From contig CALLNG010000473.1 of the NCBI GenBank assembly GCA_938005345.1, positions 1-29,888 on the forward strand: DNA of 29,888 nt. The letters are read 5' to 3'. The notes under the pieces were generated by a model that saw nothing but the letters and a program-made list of their open reading frames with translations, had not been told where the DNA came from and searched no databases. This DNA is from an uncultured Clostridia bacterium (GTDB lineage Bacteria; Bacillota; Clostridia; RUG12999). The position numbers were made by a program, and so were the translations under genes. Shown in pieces: positions 7,899 through 18,029 of this stretch (positions are counted from its first letter, which is position 1; each line of letters begins with the position of its first letter).

Positions 7899-9074
7899 CT
7901 ATGCCCGGCACGCAATTCGGTAAATTTTCTCACAGGCCGCACGGTCTAACGGCACAAAATGCCCTTCTGTGCGCCCGTCAATTTGCAAGTTGTCCAGCAG
8001 GATGGGAATATCCTCCTCCTTTGCGCCTAGCTGTGCAAAGTTTTGCGGCATACCAAGCGACGTCCAAAACGCCCGCAGCCGCGCAATGCCCTCCCGCGCG
8101 GTGCGCTCCGGCGCGGCAAAATCCATTTGGCAGCCCCAAACGCGCACAGCAAACTGGGCAAACCGCATCACATCGTGGTGCATAACATATTCCATCCATG
8201 CGGGCATGATAACAGCCAGCCCGGCTCCGTGGGCACAGTCATAATAGGCGGACAGCTCGTGCTCCAGATTGTGGCTGCCCCAATCCTGTTCACGCCCCAC
8301 GCCGCACAAATTGTTATGGGCAATCATTCCAGCCCACATAATGTTGGCCCGCGCGCCGGTATCGTCCGGATGCTCCATCACTTTAGGCGTTTCTTGGCGC
8401 ATGGTCAGTAGCACCGCCTCACACAGGCGGTCCGTGACTTCCACTTCTTTTGTGTTAGTGAAATAGCGTTCTATCACATGCGCCATGATATCCACCGCGC
8501 CGCACGCCGTCTGAAACGGCGGCAGCGTTTGTGTGAGCACCGGGTTTAAAATGGAGAATTTGGGACGCAATATATCGTTGCGGCAGCCCCGTTTATACAT
8601 GCCGCGCTCCTGTGTGATGATGGAGTTGCCGGACCCCTCGCTGCCCGCTGCCGCGATGGTCAGCACTGTTCCGGTTGGCAGCGTCTGGGTAACGGTTTTG
8701 GTGCCATCGTAAAAATCCCAAAAATCCCCGTCATAGACCGCACCCAGTGCAATAGCCTTGGCGGAATCAATCACGCTGCCGCCGCCCACTGCCAGCACAA
8801 AGTCGATCTGTTGCTCTTTACACAGCCTAATGCCTTCATATACCAGGCCGCTGCGGGGATTGGGCCGGACGCCGCCCAGTTCCACCGTGAACAGGCCCTC
8901 CGCCTGTAGCGATGCTTTTACCCGGTCCAGCAGGCCGCTGCGCACGGCGGACCCGCCGCCATAGTGTATCAAAACCCGGCTGCCGCCCGTTTGGCGCACA
9001 TAGCTTCCGGCTTCCATTTCTGTACCTTCTCCAAACACAAATTTCGTCGGGCTGTAAAATACAAATGCATCCAT
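7899..9074 (-). CDS. iron-containing alcohol dehydrogenase (BdhA/YqhD-like butanol dehydrogenase)
   Basis: 391 aa; YGGGS, AVGGGSVID.AKAI, T.AAAGSE, D.MAH..E.YF, H.LEH.LSA.YD..HG.GLA (metal-binding His residues). Confidence 0.95.
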   Translation of the reverse strand: MDAFVFYSPTKFVFGEGTEMEAGSYVRQTGGSRVLIHYGGGSAVRSGLLDRVKASLQAEGLFTVELGGVRPNPRSGLVYEGIRLCKEQQIDFVLAVGGGSVIDSAKAIALGAVYDGDFWDFYDGTKTVTQTLPTGTVLTIAAAGSEGSGNSIITQERGMYKRGCRNDILRPKFSILNPVLTQTLPPFQTACGAVDIMAHVIERYFTNTKEVEVTDRLCEAVLLTMRQETPKVMEHPDDTGARANIMWAGMIAHNNLCGVGREQDWGSHNLEHELSAYYDCAHGAGLAVIMPAWMEYVMHHDVMRFAQFAVRVWGCQMDFAAPERTAREGIARLRAFWTSLGMPQNFAQLGAKEEDIPILLDNLQIDGRTEGHFVPLDRAACEKIYRIACRA

Positions 9075-9139
9075 TTATGCTACGCTCCCTTTCTTTTACC
9101 ACCGGCAACAAGCCGCCCTGCCGCCGTTTTTTTCTTCTA

Positions 9140-11749
9140 TTACTGCGCCGTTTCCGTCAACGTCACGGTCGTTGTTTTTCCGCGCTCCAAATCCTGCGGG
9201 AACTGCACGGTCACGGTAGTTTTGCCGTTTTCATATACCGCGCCTTCACCTGTGAGCGGCCGGTTGATGGAAATGGTTGTCTGTGCCAGGCTATTATTTT
9301 TCGGATTGGATACGCACAGTTCCCACGTATTTCCTTGTTTCGTGAGCAGCACGATACAGGGATCCTCTTCTGCGGTGATGGTCAAATCCTGCTCCATGCC
9401 AGTGACGGACGCAGGCACGGTGACACTTTCCTTATAATTGGAAATGCCCTGGCTCCAAAATACAATGCCCACGCTGTTTGCCTGTTTGGACCATACCGCC
9501 GTGCTTTTTTCGGAGTTGGCGATTTCCACCATATCGGGATTTTGCGCATACTCCGCCAATTCCTGCTCGGTTGTGGCGGGCAGCACGGTATAGGCATATG
9601 TTTGGTTTTGCGGCTGCGCGCCATGGCTCATGGACAGGCAAAACACATCCTTGGTCACAGTAGCGCTGCTCTTGGAGCTGTTAATGGACTGCCAGGTGCC
9701 GGACTTTGCCGCATTGCCAACCATCACTTCCTGGCTCTGCGGGAAATAGTACCCCACGCCATCATGCAGCACCCAGGATACATCGGATACACTGCGCTCC
9801 TGTGCACCTGGTAGCGTCTGTGTGCTTCCGCCGCTAGAATAGCGCACGTCACCGCTGAGCAGACACTGGTTAAGCGTGGTATAGACGGTGTTGCTCTGCG
9901 TCCCCGTAATGCCCGCGCCCAGTGCCATGAATCCGTTGTCAAAAAAGAAATTCGCCTTTTTCGCGCTCACGCCGTTGTGGGCATAATCCATGGCGCTGAC
10001 AGCATACAGGCCATTTGTCGCGCCGCCGACAAATTCCTTTTGACCCTTTTCCGCTGCGGGGGACGGAATGGACGCAAATGGCAAATAGGCGGTAGTGGTG
10101 CCGGGGATTTTGCTCCAGTCCCACACCGGGAATATGTCATAATATTCTGTCCCGCTTTGCATAATAACCGTTGCGCCGTCTGCGATATAGTACGCTTTGC
10201 TGTTTTCACCATTCATATACTCTGTGTTTTTGTTGCGGCTTGAACTGTTGCGCACACTGACATAAAAATTGTCCCGGTGCACCACCGTAAAATCAGAGGT
10301 CCAAAAATGCTTGGCGGTGTTCAGTCCAAAATCCGTCCCACTAAGCCGCTGGTTTTTCAGTTCCAGCAGTTCTGTCCGCCGCTCTACACCCGGCAGTGTC
10401 AGCAGCACGTTCACCGCTTCCAGGGAATTGCTGCGCACCGAACCGCCTACGCCGCCCGGCCGGGAAATGGCGCGTCCAAACATGGCAAAATCCGATCCGC
10501 TTCCCCGGAACATCAGGGAATGGCCATCCAAAATAAAATCAGCATAGGCGTTCACCGCCCGGTCCGATACCATAAATTCCGTATCCGCCAGGTAGCTCAG
10601 CAGTTTATTGACCCCCGTACAAAAAACGCTGCCATAACTGCCGTTATACAGCAACGCGCCATGCTGATGGAAAGAACCGTCCACCATGATGCCCTCGCCG
10701 TCATTGAGGTGGCTGAACACAGAAAGCTCATTGTCCAGCAAATACCGCACCACATGTTCCATGGACTCCGCATCATCCGTAGCCGCCGCAATTTTAATGG
10801 CGGTCTGTAATTTATCCGTCAGGTTGCCGCCCGTCCCATTGCGGTCCGATTTGTGCAGCGTGCTTTCGTCCACCACTGGCAGCCCCAGTTTTGCCAGTTC
10901 CCGCAAAGCAGGCAAATAATCCGCGTCCTCTGGCAGCGGGTAAAGCAAAATGGTGGACAGTTTTTGTGGGACATTGATTTGCTGGTGCCACCAGTTGGTA
11001 CTTTTATATTGGTGCTCAGCCCAGTCCCGCAGCACCAATTCACATTTCTCAAACAGTTCGCTGTTTTGATACCAGGTGTTGCCTTCCGAATAATAGGCTT
11101 TTAGCATGGTTGTCACGTTGACCAGCGCATTAGAAATACTCCATGGTTCTCCCGTTTGGGTATAATCCACATCGCTGAACCGCCCGCTATCGTCCAGCTT
11201 GTTCAGCAGGCTTTGCGGATTGGCGGTCGTGGAATATAAGCTCTCATTTTGGATGATTCGTTCGCGGATGGTCTGCATATCCCGCTCCGTCTGGCTCACA
11301 GGATCGCTTTCACTCTGTAGTTCCTGCACGCCCGTCAATGGCTGCATACGCTGCATACCGTCCCAAATCAGGATCCGCAGTTTGTCCTGGCCAGTTTGCG
11401 GAGAAACGTTCTGGAATACCAGTTCAAACTCCGTCCGCCCCTCCAGTGTTTTGGTTTGAAAAGTGCGGTAGGTTACCTGTCCGTCCGCATCCACAATTTC
11501 TCCCGTCACCGTTGCTTGGCTGGCTGTAGCAGTATCGGTGTTTTTTGACACCTCCACCAGCGCTGTCACTGTTTCATAGGTTTCGCCTGTCTATAGGGCG
11601 CTGATACGCTGTCCCTGCTCCACTGTTCCGTCATACCAGCGGACAGAGGACAAAAACAGCGTCTCCTGCAAACTGATATCCGCCGCCAACGTCCCCAGCG
11701 GTGCAAGCAAAAGTAATCCCGCCAGCAAACAAGTCATCCATTTTTTCAT
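9140..11749 (-). pseudogene. secreted polysaccharide lyase family 8 (chondroitin/hyaluronate/xanthan lyase-like) interrupted by one in-frame TAG at codon 53
   Basis: ATG 11749 with RBS AAGGTGGG and signal peptide MKKWMTCLLAGLLLLAPLGTLA; the frame continues ...QRISAL-TAG(11593-11591)-TGETYET-VTALVEV... into the 809-aa ORF carrying PL8 motifs NWW, TGGNL, DGSFHQHG..LYNGSYG, GRAISR, NGEN, IFPVWDWSKIPGTT. Confidence 0.85.
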
Positions 11750-11791
11750 ACCATTCCCACCTTTTCTTTTTGTTTCTCCCGTATTTCTTAC

Positions 11792-11821
11792 ATTATACCA
11801 CCAGTCCAGCCCCCCTGGCAA
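11792..11821 (-). promoter_or_regulatory. sigmaA-type promoter of the PL8 gene
   Basis: TTGCCA (11821-11816), 18 bp, TATAAT (11797-11792) with extended TG. Confidence 0.7.
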
Positions 11822-11957
11822 GGCCAAGATACAAAAAAAACGGACAATTTCTAAACGGTTTGCAGACCGCCGCGCCCAAGCTTCCTTTCCACCTGTTTTT
11901 TCGTTAGAACAAGACTTTGAACGGCGCATCCTGCGATACAAAAAATCCGCTGCCAAA

Positions 11958-11986
11958 TTGACAGCGGGCCCATCTATTGGTATAAT
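11958..11986 (+). promoter_or_regulatory. consensus sigmaA promoter of the MATE gene
   Basis: TTGACA, 17 bp, TATAAT with extended TG. Confidence 0.85.
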
Positions 11987-12028
11987 AAAATAGTATGTCA
12001 TATTGATGTTAGAAAAGGAGGCTGTGCC

Positions 12029-13381
12029 ATGAAAGGAGACTTAACGCAGGGGCCTATTATGAAAACCATGCTGCGGTTTGCTGTCCCCATGATATTAGGC
12101 AACCTTTTGCAACAGTGCTATAATATTGCAGATACACTGATTGTGGGACGGTTTCTTGGCGCTAATGCACTAGCCGCCGTGGGTTCAGCGTTTACCTTAA
12201 TGACATTTTTAACCTCCATTTTGTTGGGTCTGTGCATGGGAAGCGGCGCGCTGTTTTCCATCCGGTTCGGGCAAAAGGAATGGGACGGGCTTAAGGAGGA
12301 CATTTTTACCTCATTTGTGCTGATTGCGGCCCTGACCCTGGTATTGAATGCCGCGGTGTTTGCCGCGATGGACTGGATCTTGGTTTTCCTGCGCGTCCCG
12401 GCAGAAATTGAGGGGATGCTGCGGGAGTATTTGACGGTCATTTTTTACGGCCTTGCGGCAACGTTTCTTTATAATTATTTCGCGTCACTGCTGCGCGCAG
12501 TGGGCAATTCCGTAGCGCCGCTGCTCTTTTTAGCCGTGTCCGCGGCGCTCAACATTGTGCTGGATTTATGGTTTGTGCTGGGACTAAATCGGGGCGTAGC
12601 AGGCGCGGCGGAAGCTACCGTCCTTTCTCAGATCGTTTCCGGTGCCGGCATTGCAATCTATACTTGGATTGCGTTCCCCACGCTGCGCCCTGGGCGCTCC
12701 CATTGCCGTATTCGGCTGGTACGGGTGAAAGAAATTTCCAGTTTTTCGCTTCTCACCTGTGTGCAGCAATCCGTGATGAATTTTGGTATTTTGATGGTGC
12801 AGGGGTTGGTCAACAGTTTTGGCCCGGCTGTCATGGCCGCATTCGCTGCGGCGGTTAAAATTGACGCGTTTGCCTACATGCCTGTACAAGATTTTGGCAA
12901 CGCGTTTTCCACGTTCATCGCACAAAACTATGGCGCCCAGCAGCGGGAGCGCATCCGCGCCGGTCTCAAAGGCGCTGCCGTTGCTGTCATTTGTTTCAGC
13001 GTGGCACTGTCCGCCGCAGTGTGGATATTTGCCCGCCCGCTGATGCTGCTGTTTGTCCAGGCACAGGAGACGGCGATACTTGCGGAAGGCGTGCGCTATT
13101 TGCGCATTGAAGGCGCGTTCTACTGCGGTATTGGCTGCCTGTTTTTGCTCTATGGATTGTACCGTGCACTGGGCAAACCCGGTATGAGCGTGGTACTCAC
13201 CGTCATTTCGCTAGGAACGCGCGTGGCGCTCGCCTACGCCCTTGCCGCGATTCCGGCAATCGGCGTTGTGGGCATTTGGTGGTCCGTTCCTATCGGCTGG
13301 GCGCTGGCAGACGTGGTGGGTCTGCTCTATTACAAGCTGCGTAAGGCGCATCTGTTTCATTGGCGCAGCAGTGACCAATAA
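12029..13381 (+). CDS. MATE family efflux transporter
   Basis: 450 aa; RBS AAGGAGG; DLT.G.I.K.ML.FA.P..LGN..QQ.YN..D...VG.F.G..ALAAVG, LRA.G.S..PL..L..S...NI.LD; many TM segments. Confidence 0.95.
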   Translation: MKGDLTQGPIMKTMLRFAVPMILGNLLQQCYNIADTLIVGRFLGANALAAVGSAFTLMTFLTSILLGLCMGSGALFSIRFGQKEWDGLKEDIFTSFVLIAALTLVLNAAVFAAMDWILVFLRVPAEIEGMLREYLTVIFYGLAATFLYNYFASLLRAVGNSVAPLLFLAVSAALNIVLDLWFVLGLNRGVAGAAEATVLSQIVSGAGIAIYTWIAFPTLRPGRSHCRIRLVRVKEISSFSLLTCVQQSVMNFGILMVQGLVNSFGPAVMAAFAAAVKIDAFAYMPVQDFGNAFSTFIAQNYGAQQRERIRAGLKGAAVAVICFSVALSAAVWIFARPLMLLFVQAQETAILAEGVRYLRIEGAFYCGIGCLFLLYGLYRALGKPGMSVVLTVISLGTRVALAYALAAIPAIGVVGIWWSVPIGWALADVVGLLYYKLRKAHLFHWRSSDQ

Positions 13382-13426
13382 AGCTGCCGCAAGGCGCTTT
13401 CCTCTCTTTAGAAAAAAGATACCACT

Positions 13427-14380
13427 CTATTCTACCGTATCCGCAAACTGTATCCTCGTTTTAATCCATCCGTTTTCAAGATATTCGGCGATATTTTTGC
13501 TTTTATCCAATATTGGATGTACCATCAAAAATTCGCTAAGATAAAAAAATACATATGGTAACAATAGAAAGCCAGTCTTTCCAGCCGCAGCTGATAGGGA
13601 ATTTTGTTGGCTTTGAGGGTATCTTGAAATAGCTCTCGCGCCCAGCCGTAACATCCCATCACCCATGCATCCCGCTCGAGAGGCGCATACATCACTTCAT
13701 CCCAATCCAAGATATAATTCCGTCCGTTCCTGATAAAAAAATTTCCGCCGGCATCTCCATGCGTTAGATACAATGCTTCCTCCTCTTGCCGGCACAGCGC
13801 CGCAAGCCGTGAAAGCCGTGTTGCGCAATGGGATATCTTTTCTTTGAAGCGTTCAAAGATGGTAAGCACGGTACGGCCCGCATCCGTTTTGGGGGCCGAC
13901 TTAAGGGTCTTCCACTGTTGGAAAAAACGCGTGGCTGCGTCATCGGCAAACACGGCAGTAGGGATTTCCATTCCTGGTTTTGTGAGGCGATATATCTGGC
14001 ACAACAGCTGGTATTCCGTGCTTTTGGTTTGATCCGTCTCCACCTGCTTGCCGTCTATCCATTCGAACAGCCCGATAACCGCAGTATCAAAAAGAGAATA
14101 GAGCCCATTTCTCCGTGTTTTGATTATCTTTCCGTCAAAATCAATTCCGCTTTCATACAGATATTCTATGACAGTCAGACTTTGCTGAAATTTTTTTGAT
14201 GGAAAGGCAGATAATCCATTTTTAAGAAATAACAGTCAGAATCTGCCCGTACTTTCCAAGTCTCACCGTAATATCCGCGATGAGCGGGCGTTATTTCAGC
14301 TACAGCAATCCCATATTGTTCATATAGGGTATCTTCAACCGATGGAGATATTCCGTATCCCGTAATATTTCATTATGCAT
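13427..14380 (-). pseudogene. aminoglycoside-phosphotransferase/choline-kinase-like gene with three 1-nt frameshifts
   Basis: ATG 14380 behind GAGAGG; MHNEILRDTEYLHRL / DTLYEQYGI..RGYYGETWKV..YFLK..FHQK / FQQSL..FEWIDGK..LTHGDAGGN..ILDWDE..CYHMYF / YLSEF..FADTVE-TAG. Frame breaks at about 14334, the T7 run 14191-14197 and the A7 run 13543-13549; restoring one base at each gives 318 aa. HGD..N and DW motifs are APH-like. Confidence 0.85.
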
Positions 14381-14445
14381 TGCGATCTTCCTCTCACGAT
14401 AAACGATTTTTAAAAGTCTGCTTGTTATAAAACCTTAACATACGC

Positions 14446-14481
14446 AAAAAAGTCCGATATGTCAAAACATATCGGACTTTT
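14446..14481 (-). terminator. intrinsic terminator of the tRNA operon
   Basis: AAAAGTCCGATATG / CATATCGGACTTTT perfect stem immediately 3' of tRNA-Tyr, with a T-tract on the minus strand. Confidence 0.85.
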
Positions 14482-14483
14482 GT

Positions 14484-14568
14484 TGGTGGAGGGAGATGGA
14501 TTCGAACCATCGAAGTCGAAGACAACAGATTTACAGTCTGCCCCCTTTGGCCACTCGGGAACCCCTCC
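14484..14568 (-). tRNA. tRNA-Tyr (GTA)
   Basis: GGAGGGGTTCCCGAGTGGCCAAAGGGGGCAGACTGTAAATCTG...GGTTCGAATCCATCTCCCTCCACCA; long variable arm, encoded CCA, 85 nt. Confidence 0.98.
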
Positions 14569-14624
14569 ATATGCAGTTGTATAAAAACAGCTGGGGCGCA
14601 CCAAGCGCGCCCGCTGTTATCTTC

Positions 14625-14700
14625 TGGAGCTGATGATGGGACTTGAACCCGCAACCTGCTGATTACAAATCAGCTGCTCTGCCAATTGAGCTACATCAGC
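14625..14700 (-). tRNA. tRNA-Thr (TGT)
   Basis: GCTGATGTAGCTCAATTGGCAGAGCAGCTGATTTGTAATCAGCAGGTTGCGGGTTCAAGTCCCATCATCAGCTCCA; 76 nt, encoded CCA. Confidence 0.98.
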
Positions 14701-14739
14701 AAATCGCCCGGTTACGATACACTCCTAACCGACTTCATT

Positions 14740-14768
14740 ATTATAGCACATGCATTTTCATTTGTCAA
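14740..14768 (-). promoter_or_regulatory. consensus sigmaA promoter of the tRNA-Thr/tRNA-Tyr operon
   Basis: TTGACA (14768-14763), 17 bp, TATAAT (14745-14740) with extended TG. Confidence 0.88.
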
Positions 14769-14945
14769 TAGTTTTTTTCAGAAATTTCTTCCTATTCCTT
14801 TGTGTCAATAGGGCAACGGGGCATCCTTTTTTCCAAGCCCCCGCAAGGCGCACTTTTTCTTATTCATGGGGCGGGATATTTTATACCAGCTCCCGCAGGG
14901 TTTCCCTTCACTGCATATCACGCAACCCCTTCCCAGCAGATCTTA

Positions 14946-15256
14946 TTATTCTCCCATCCGTTTTACTTTCAATGGACTATTGGTTAAAAACGCGGCGTTT
15001 ATTTCCATTGCCGTATGTGGATGTTGCCAGATATCTTTTCCTATTTCAACGGGTTCGTCAATCCGGTATAAATACCCTTTTACTTTCCGTTGTGGATAAT
15101 ATTTCCGTCATCATCATAACTAAGCATGGTCGGTTGATGGGAAAACGCTTCCGCTAATTTTTTCCATTGCGTTACAGTACTTCCTGCCTTCAGCTCAAAA
15201 AATATCTTGTTTAACCCATGAAACCAAGGTCCCTCTGATTTTATTTCTATCATCAT
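14946..15256 (-). pseudogene. small hypothetical gene with Arr-like (ADP-ribosyltransferase-fold) features, one frameshift
   Basis: ATG 15256 behind AAGAGG; MMIEIKSEGPWFHG..ELKAGSTVTQW..LAEAFSH..HNGK, then after a 1-nt shift near 15084 it continues VKGYLYRIDEPVEIGKDIWQHPHTAMEINAAFLTNSPLKVKRMGE-TAA. Span is 311 nt, and one added base gives 103 aa. The fold call is by-eye inference. Confidence 0.65.
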
Positions 15257-15321
15257 TCTAAATCCTCTTTTCAGGCACGGCATTTACCAGTATTATTGCA
15301 TTGTTTGATATGTTCTATGTG

Positions 15322-15447
15322 TTAGATATTAGACATATATTTTCCAGCGGCTTTCCTTGCGTTTTCTCTTGATTCCGTCACGATAACCACGTCCAAACCT
15401 GGGCCAACATTAGCCGCTTGGACTCTATCATAATAAATGTTTTCCAC
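15322..15447 (-). pseudogene. probable remnant of a small hypothetical gene
   Basis: GTG 15447 behind AAGGTG; 41 aa MENIYYDRVQAANVGPGLDVVIVTESRENARKAAGKYMSNI; coding-looking sequence continues past the TAA toward the next gene's RBS. Confidence 0.35.
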
Positions 15448-15555
15448 ACCTTTTGTCACCTTTTTTTTCTTTCTGCATATGTTAGTAGTGTAAGGTCAAT
15501 TCTTGATTGGATTCCTCCACCCATACATACAATAATGGAACTACATCCTACTACG

Positions 15556-15595
15556 CTAAAAAGCCGCTCTTCCGAAAGGAAAAAGCGGCTTTTAG
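15556..15595 (-). terminator. intrinsic terminator after the nitroreductase gene
   Basis: CTAAAAAGCCGCT / AGCGGCTTTTAG stem with inner TTCC-GAAA-GGAA. Confidence 0.75.
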
Positions 15596-15601
15596 TCCGT
15601 T

Positions 15602-16120
15602 TTACCAGGTTTCAAAAGAAACGATATCGGCAAGCGGTTTGCGCGGGCGCGCATCCGGCCGCTCCGCCGGATGGCCCAGCGGCGTAAGCGCCACGACACG
15701 AACCTCCTGCGGAATTTGCAGCACCTGCCGCACTGCCTCTTCGTCAAAGGCACCCACCCAGCAGGTGCCCAGTCCTGCCGCATGGGCCGCTAGGACAAGC
15801 TGTTGCATAGAGATGCCGCAATCTGTCATGTAATACGGTTTGCCCGCCCGGTTTCCGCTGTCCTCCGGCAGGGCGCACTGCACAATCACATAGGGCGCAG
15901 CGGTATATGCCGTCTCATCCGGATTCATGCGAACTGCTTCCCCCAGGGCGCGGCGCCGGTCGGCGTCTGCCACTACAAGATAGCGCCAGCACTGTTTATT
16001 CTTCCATGAGGGTGCGAGCCGCGCCGCTTCCAGTACGTGTTCCAGCGTCCCACGCGCAACTGGTTCGTTTGTATACTTCCGAATGCTCCGGCGGGTTGCT
16101 ATTGCTTCCCATACTTCCAT
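15602..16120 (-). CDS. nitroreductase family protein
   Basis: ATG 16120 behind GGGAGG; 172 aa; AI.TRRSIRKY, LEAARLAPS..N.Q.W, LAA...GLGTCWVG.F, ..LG.PA. Confidence 0.95.
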   Translation of the reverse strand: MEVWEAIATRRSIRKYTNEPVARGTLEHVLEAARLAPSWKNKQCWRYLVVADADRRRALGEAVRMNPDETAYTAAPYVIVQCALPEDSGNRAGKPYYMTDCGISMQQLVLAAHAAGLGTCWVGAFDEEAVRQVLQIPQEVRVVALTPLGHPAERPDARPRKPLADIVSFETW

Positions 16121-16139
16121 GGTGATTCCTCCCACCTTG

Positions 16140-17420
16140 TTATCCTTGCAGTAATTTTTCAACGCTCGCCAAGCGGACGCACAGGACAAATAGTTCCATG
16201 GCCAAATCCAATTCCTCTACCGACGGATAGGTCGGTGCGATACGGATGTTGGAATCCTGCGGATCCTTCTTGTACGGGAAGGTTGCACCCGCACCCGTTA
16301 ACACAACACCTGCTTCGCGGCACAGCTGCACCACACGCTTTGCACAGCCCGGCAGCGTGTCAAACGACACAAAATACCCGCCTCTGGGGCTGCACCACGA
16401 ACCAATGCCATACGGCGCGATCCCTTCTTCCAGCCAGCGCAGCACCGCCTCAAATTTGGGGCGGATAATCGCCGCGTGTTTTTTCATATGCTCCCGCACG
16501 CCCTGTGCATTTTTGAAAAAGCGCACATGGCGCAACTGGTTCAATTTGTCATGCCCAATCGTTTGAATGGTCATTTGCTGCATAATGCTTTCTATGTTCG
16601 CTTTGGACGCCGCTACTGCCGCAACGCCAGATCCTGGAAAACTAATTTTCGACGTGGAACAGAACTCCAGCACCAAATCAGGATTGCCCGCTTTTTTGCA
16701 TTCGTCCATGATATTCAGCAGCGTATCCCCTTCATCGTATAAATCATGTACCATATAGGCATTGTCCCAAAAAATCCGAAAATCCTCCGCTGCCGGTTTG
16801 AGCGCAGCAAAGCGGCGTACCACTTCGTCCGAATAAGTGATGCCTTGCGGATTGGAATATTTGGGAACACACCAGATTCCCTTAATCAACTCGTCTTGGC
16901 TGACCAGCTGTTCCACTACATCCATATCCGGTCCCTGCGGCGTCATAGGAACAGGAATCATGTCAATGCCAAAATATTCTGTGACAGCAAAATGCCGGTC
17001 ATATCCCGGCACCGGGCACAAAAATTTCACTTTCTCATACTGGCACCATGGTTTGCTGCCCAGCACGCCGTGCGTCATAGCGCGCGCCACGGAATCATAC
17101 ATGACATTGAGGCTGGAGTTGCCATAGATGATGATTTCCTCCGGCGAGACATCCAGCAGGTCCGCAAGCATTTTTTTTGCCTCCGGAATCCCGCTGAGCA
17201 GGCCGTAATTGCGACAGTCCACACCGCTTGCACAGCGCATATCTTCGCTGCTGTTGAGCACATCCATCATTCCCATGGAAATCTCCAACTGCTCCGCGCC
17301 CGGTTTCCCACGTGACATATCCAACGACAGACCGCGCGCGGCAAATGCATCATAAGCCGCCTGCAGCTGCTTTTGCTCCTCTTTTAATTGTTCTTCGCTC
17401 ATCTCCTGATACTTCGCCAT
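16140..17420 (-). CDS. PLP-dependent aminotransferase class I/II (AspT-like subfamily)
   Basis: 426 aa; [52 protein letters not shown] (PLP Lys), GGYF, IRIAP. Confidence 0.92.
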   Translation of the reverse strand: MAKYQEMSEEQLKEEQKQLQAAYDAFAARGLSLDMSRGKPGAEQLEISMGMMDVLNSSEDMRCASGVDCRNYGLLSGIPEAKKMLADLLDVSPEEIIIYGNSSLNVMYDSVARAMTHGVLGSKPWCQYEKVKFLCPVPGYDRHFAVTEYFGIDMIPVPMTPQGPDMDVVEQLVSQDELIKGIWCVPKYSNPQGITYSDEVVRRFAALKPAAEDFRIFWDNAYMVHDLYDEGDTLLNIMDECKKAGNPDLVLEFCSTSKISFPGSGVAAVAASKANIESIMQQMTIQTIGHDKLNQLRHVRFFKNAQGVREHMKKHAAIIRPKFEAVLRWLEEGIAPYGIGSWCSPRGGYFVSFDTLPGCAKRVVQLCREAGVVLTGAGATFPYKKDPQDSNIRIAPTYPSVEELDLAMELFVLCVRLASVEKLLQG

Positions 17421-17438
17421 TGTTCTGTTTCCTCCCCT

Positions 17439-17951
17439 TTATCCTTTTACCAGTACGTCCTCAATTTGCGCTACGTACATGGTGTGGTAATCCTGGTTTG
17501 CATAATTTGCCCCCACCAAAGATTGGTCCAAAAATGCACCGGGCTCCAGTACCTGCCGGTACAGCTTTTTGCAAACCAGTACCAGGTCCGCCTCCGCAAA
17601 ATACGGTGTTTCGCCTTCATGTGCGACCTGCAGCCCGGACTTGCTGATTTTATCCTCGTCCCGCCCGGAAACTGTGCCCAGGTAGGACAATGTTTTTTGA
17701 TACTCGCGCGGCAAAATGGACAGGGAAAATGTGTCCGCACTGTCTATAAATTCCTTGGTATACCGCTGCGGGCGAATGAAGACATATACAACATCGCGGC
17801 CCCACAAAACGCCGACGCCGCCCCAGCTTGCCGTCATGGTATTGACCGCGCCTTCCTTTTCTGCCGTGACCAGCATCCATTCCTTTCCTATCATGTGGAA
17901 TGGGTTTTTGTGGATTTCCTCCGGACTGATTTTGTGAAACGTTTCTTGCAT
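17439..17951 (-). CDS. flavin reductase family protein (flavoredoxin-like)
   Basis: ATG 17951 behind GAAAGGA; 170 aa; NPF..IG..WMLVTA, NTMTASWGG.G..W, IRPQRYT.EF, GTVSGRD.DK, DYH..Y...I. Confidence 0.9.
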   Translation of the reverse strand: MQETFHKISPEEIHKNPFHMIGKEWMLVTAEKEGAVNTMTASWGGVGVLWGRDVVYVFIRPQRYTKEFIDSADTFSLSILPREYQKTLSYLGTVSGRDEDKISKSGLQVAHEGETPYFAEADLVLVCKKLYRQVLEPGAFLDQSLVGANYANQDYHTMYVAQIEDVLVKG

Positions 17952-18029
17952 GTTACTCAATCCTTTCCGCGTCACAATTTGCCGCCGGAACCAAAATTTG
18001 GTCCCGGCGGCAAAAACCGCTCTTATACT

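Noticed and set aside
14394..14654. 86-aa ORF across the tRNAs
   Set aside because: It is translated tRNA sequence.
14484..14700. Integrative element or prophage att site at the tRNAs
   Set aside because: I saw no integrase and no duplicated tRNA 3' end in the window; the native promoter and terminator flank the tRNAs directly.
15481..15553. TAGTAGTGT ... ACATCCTACTA imperfect inverted pair as IS ends or an attC site
   Set aside because: Short, mismatched and single, with no transposase, integrase or second copy.
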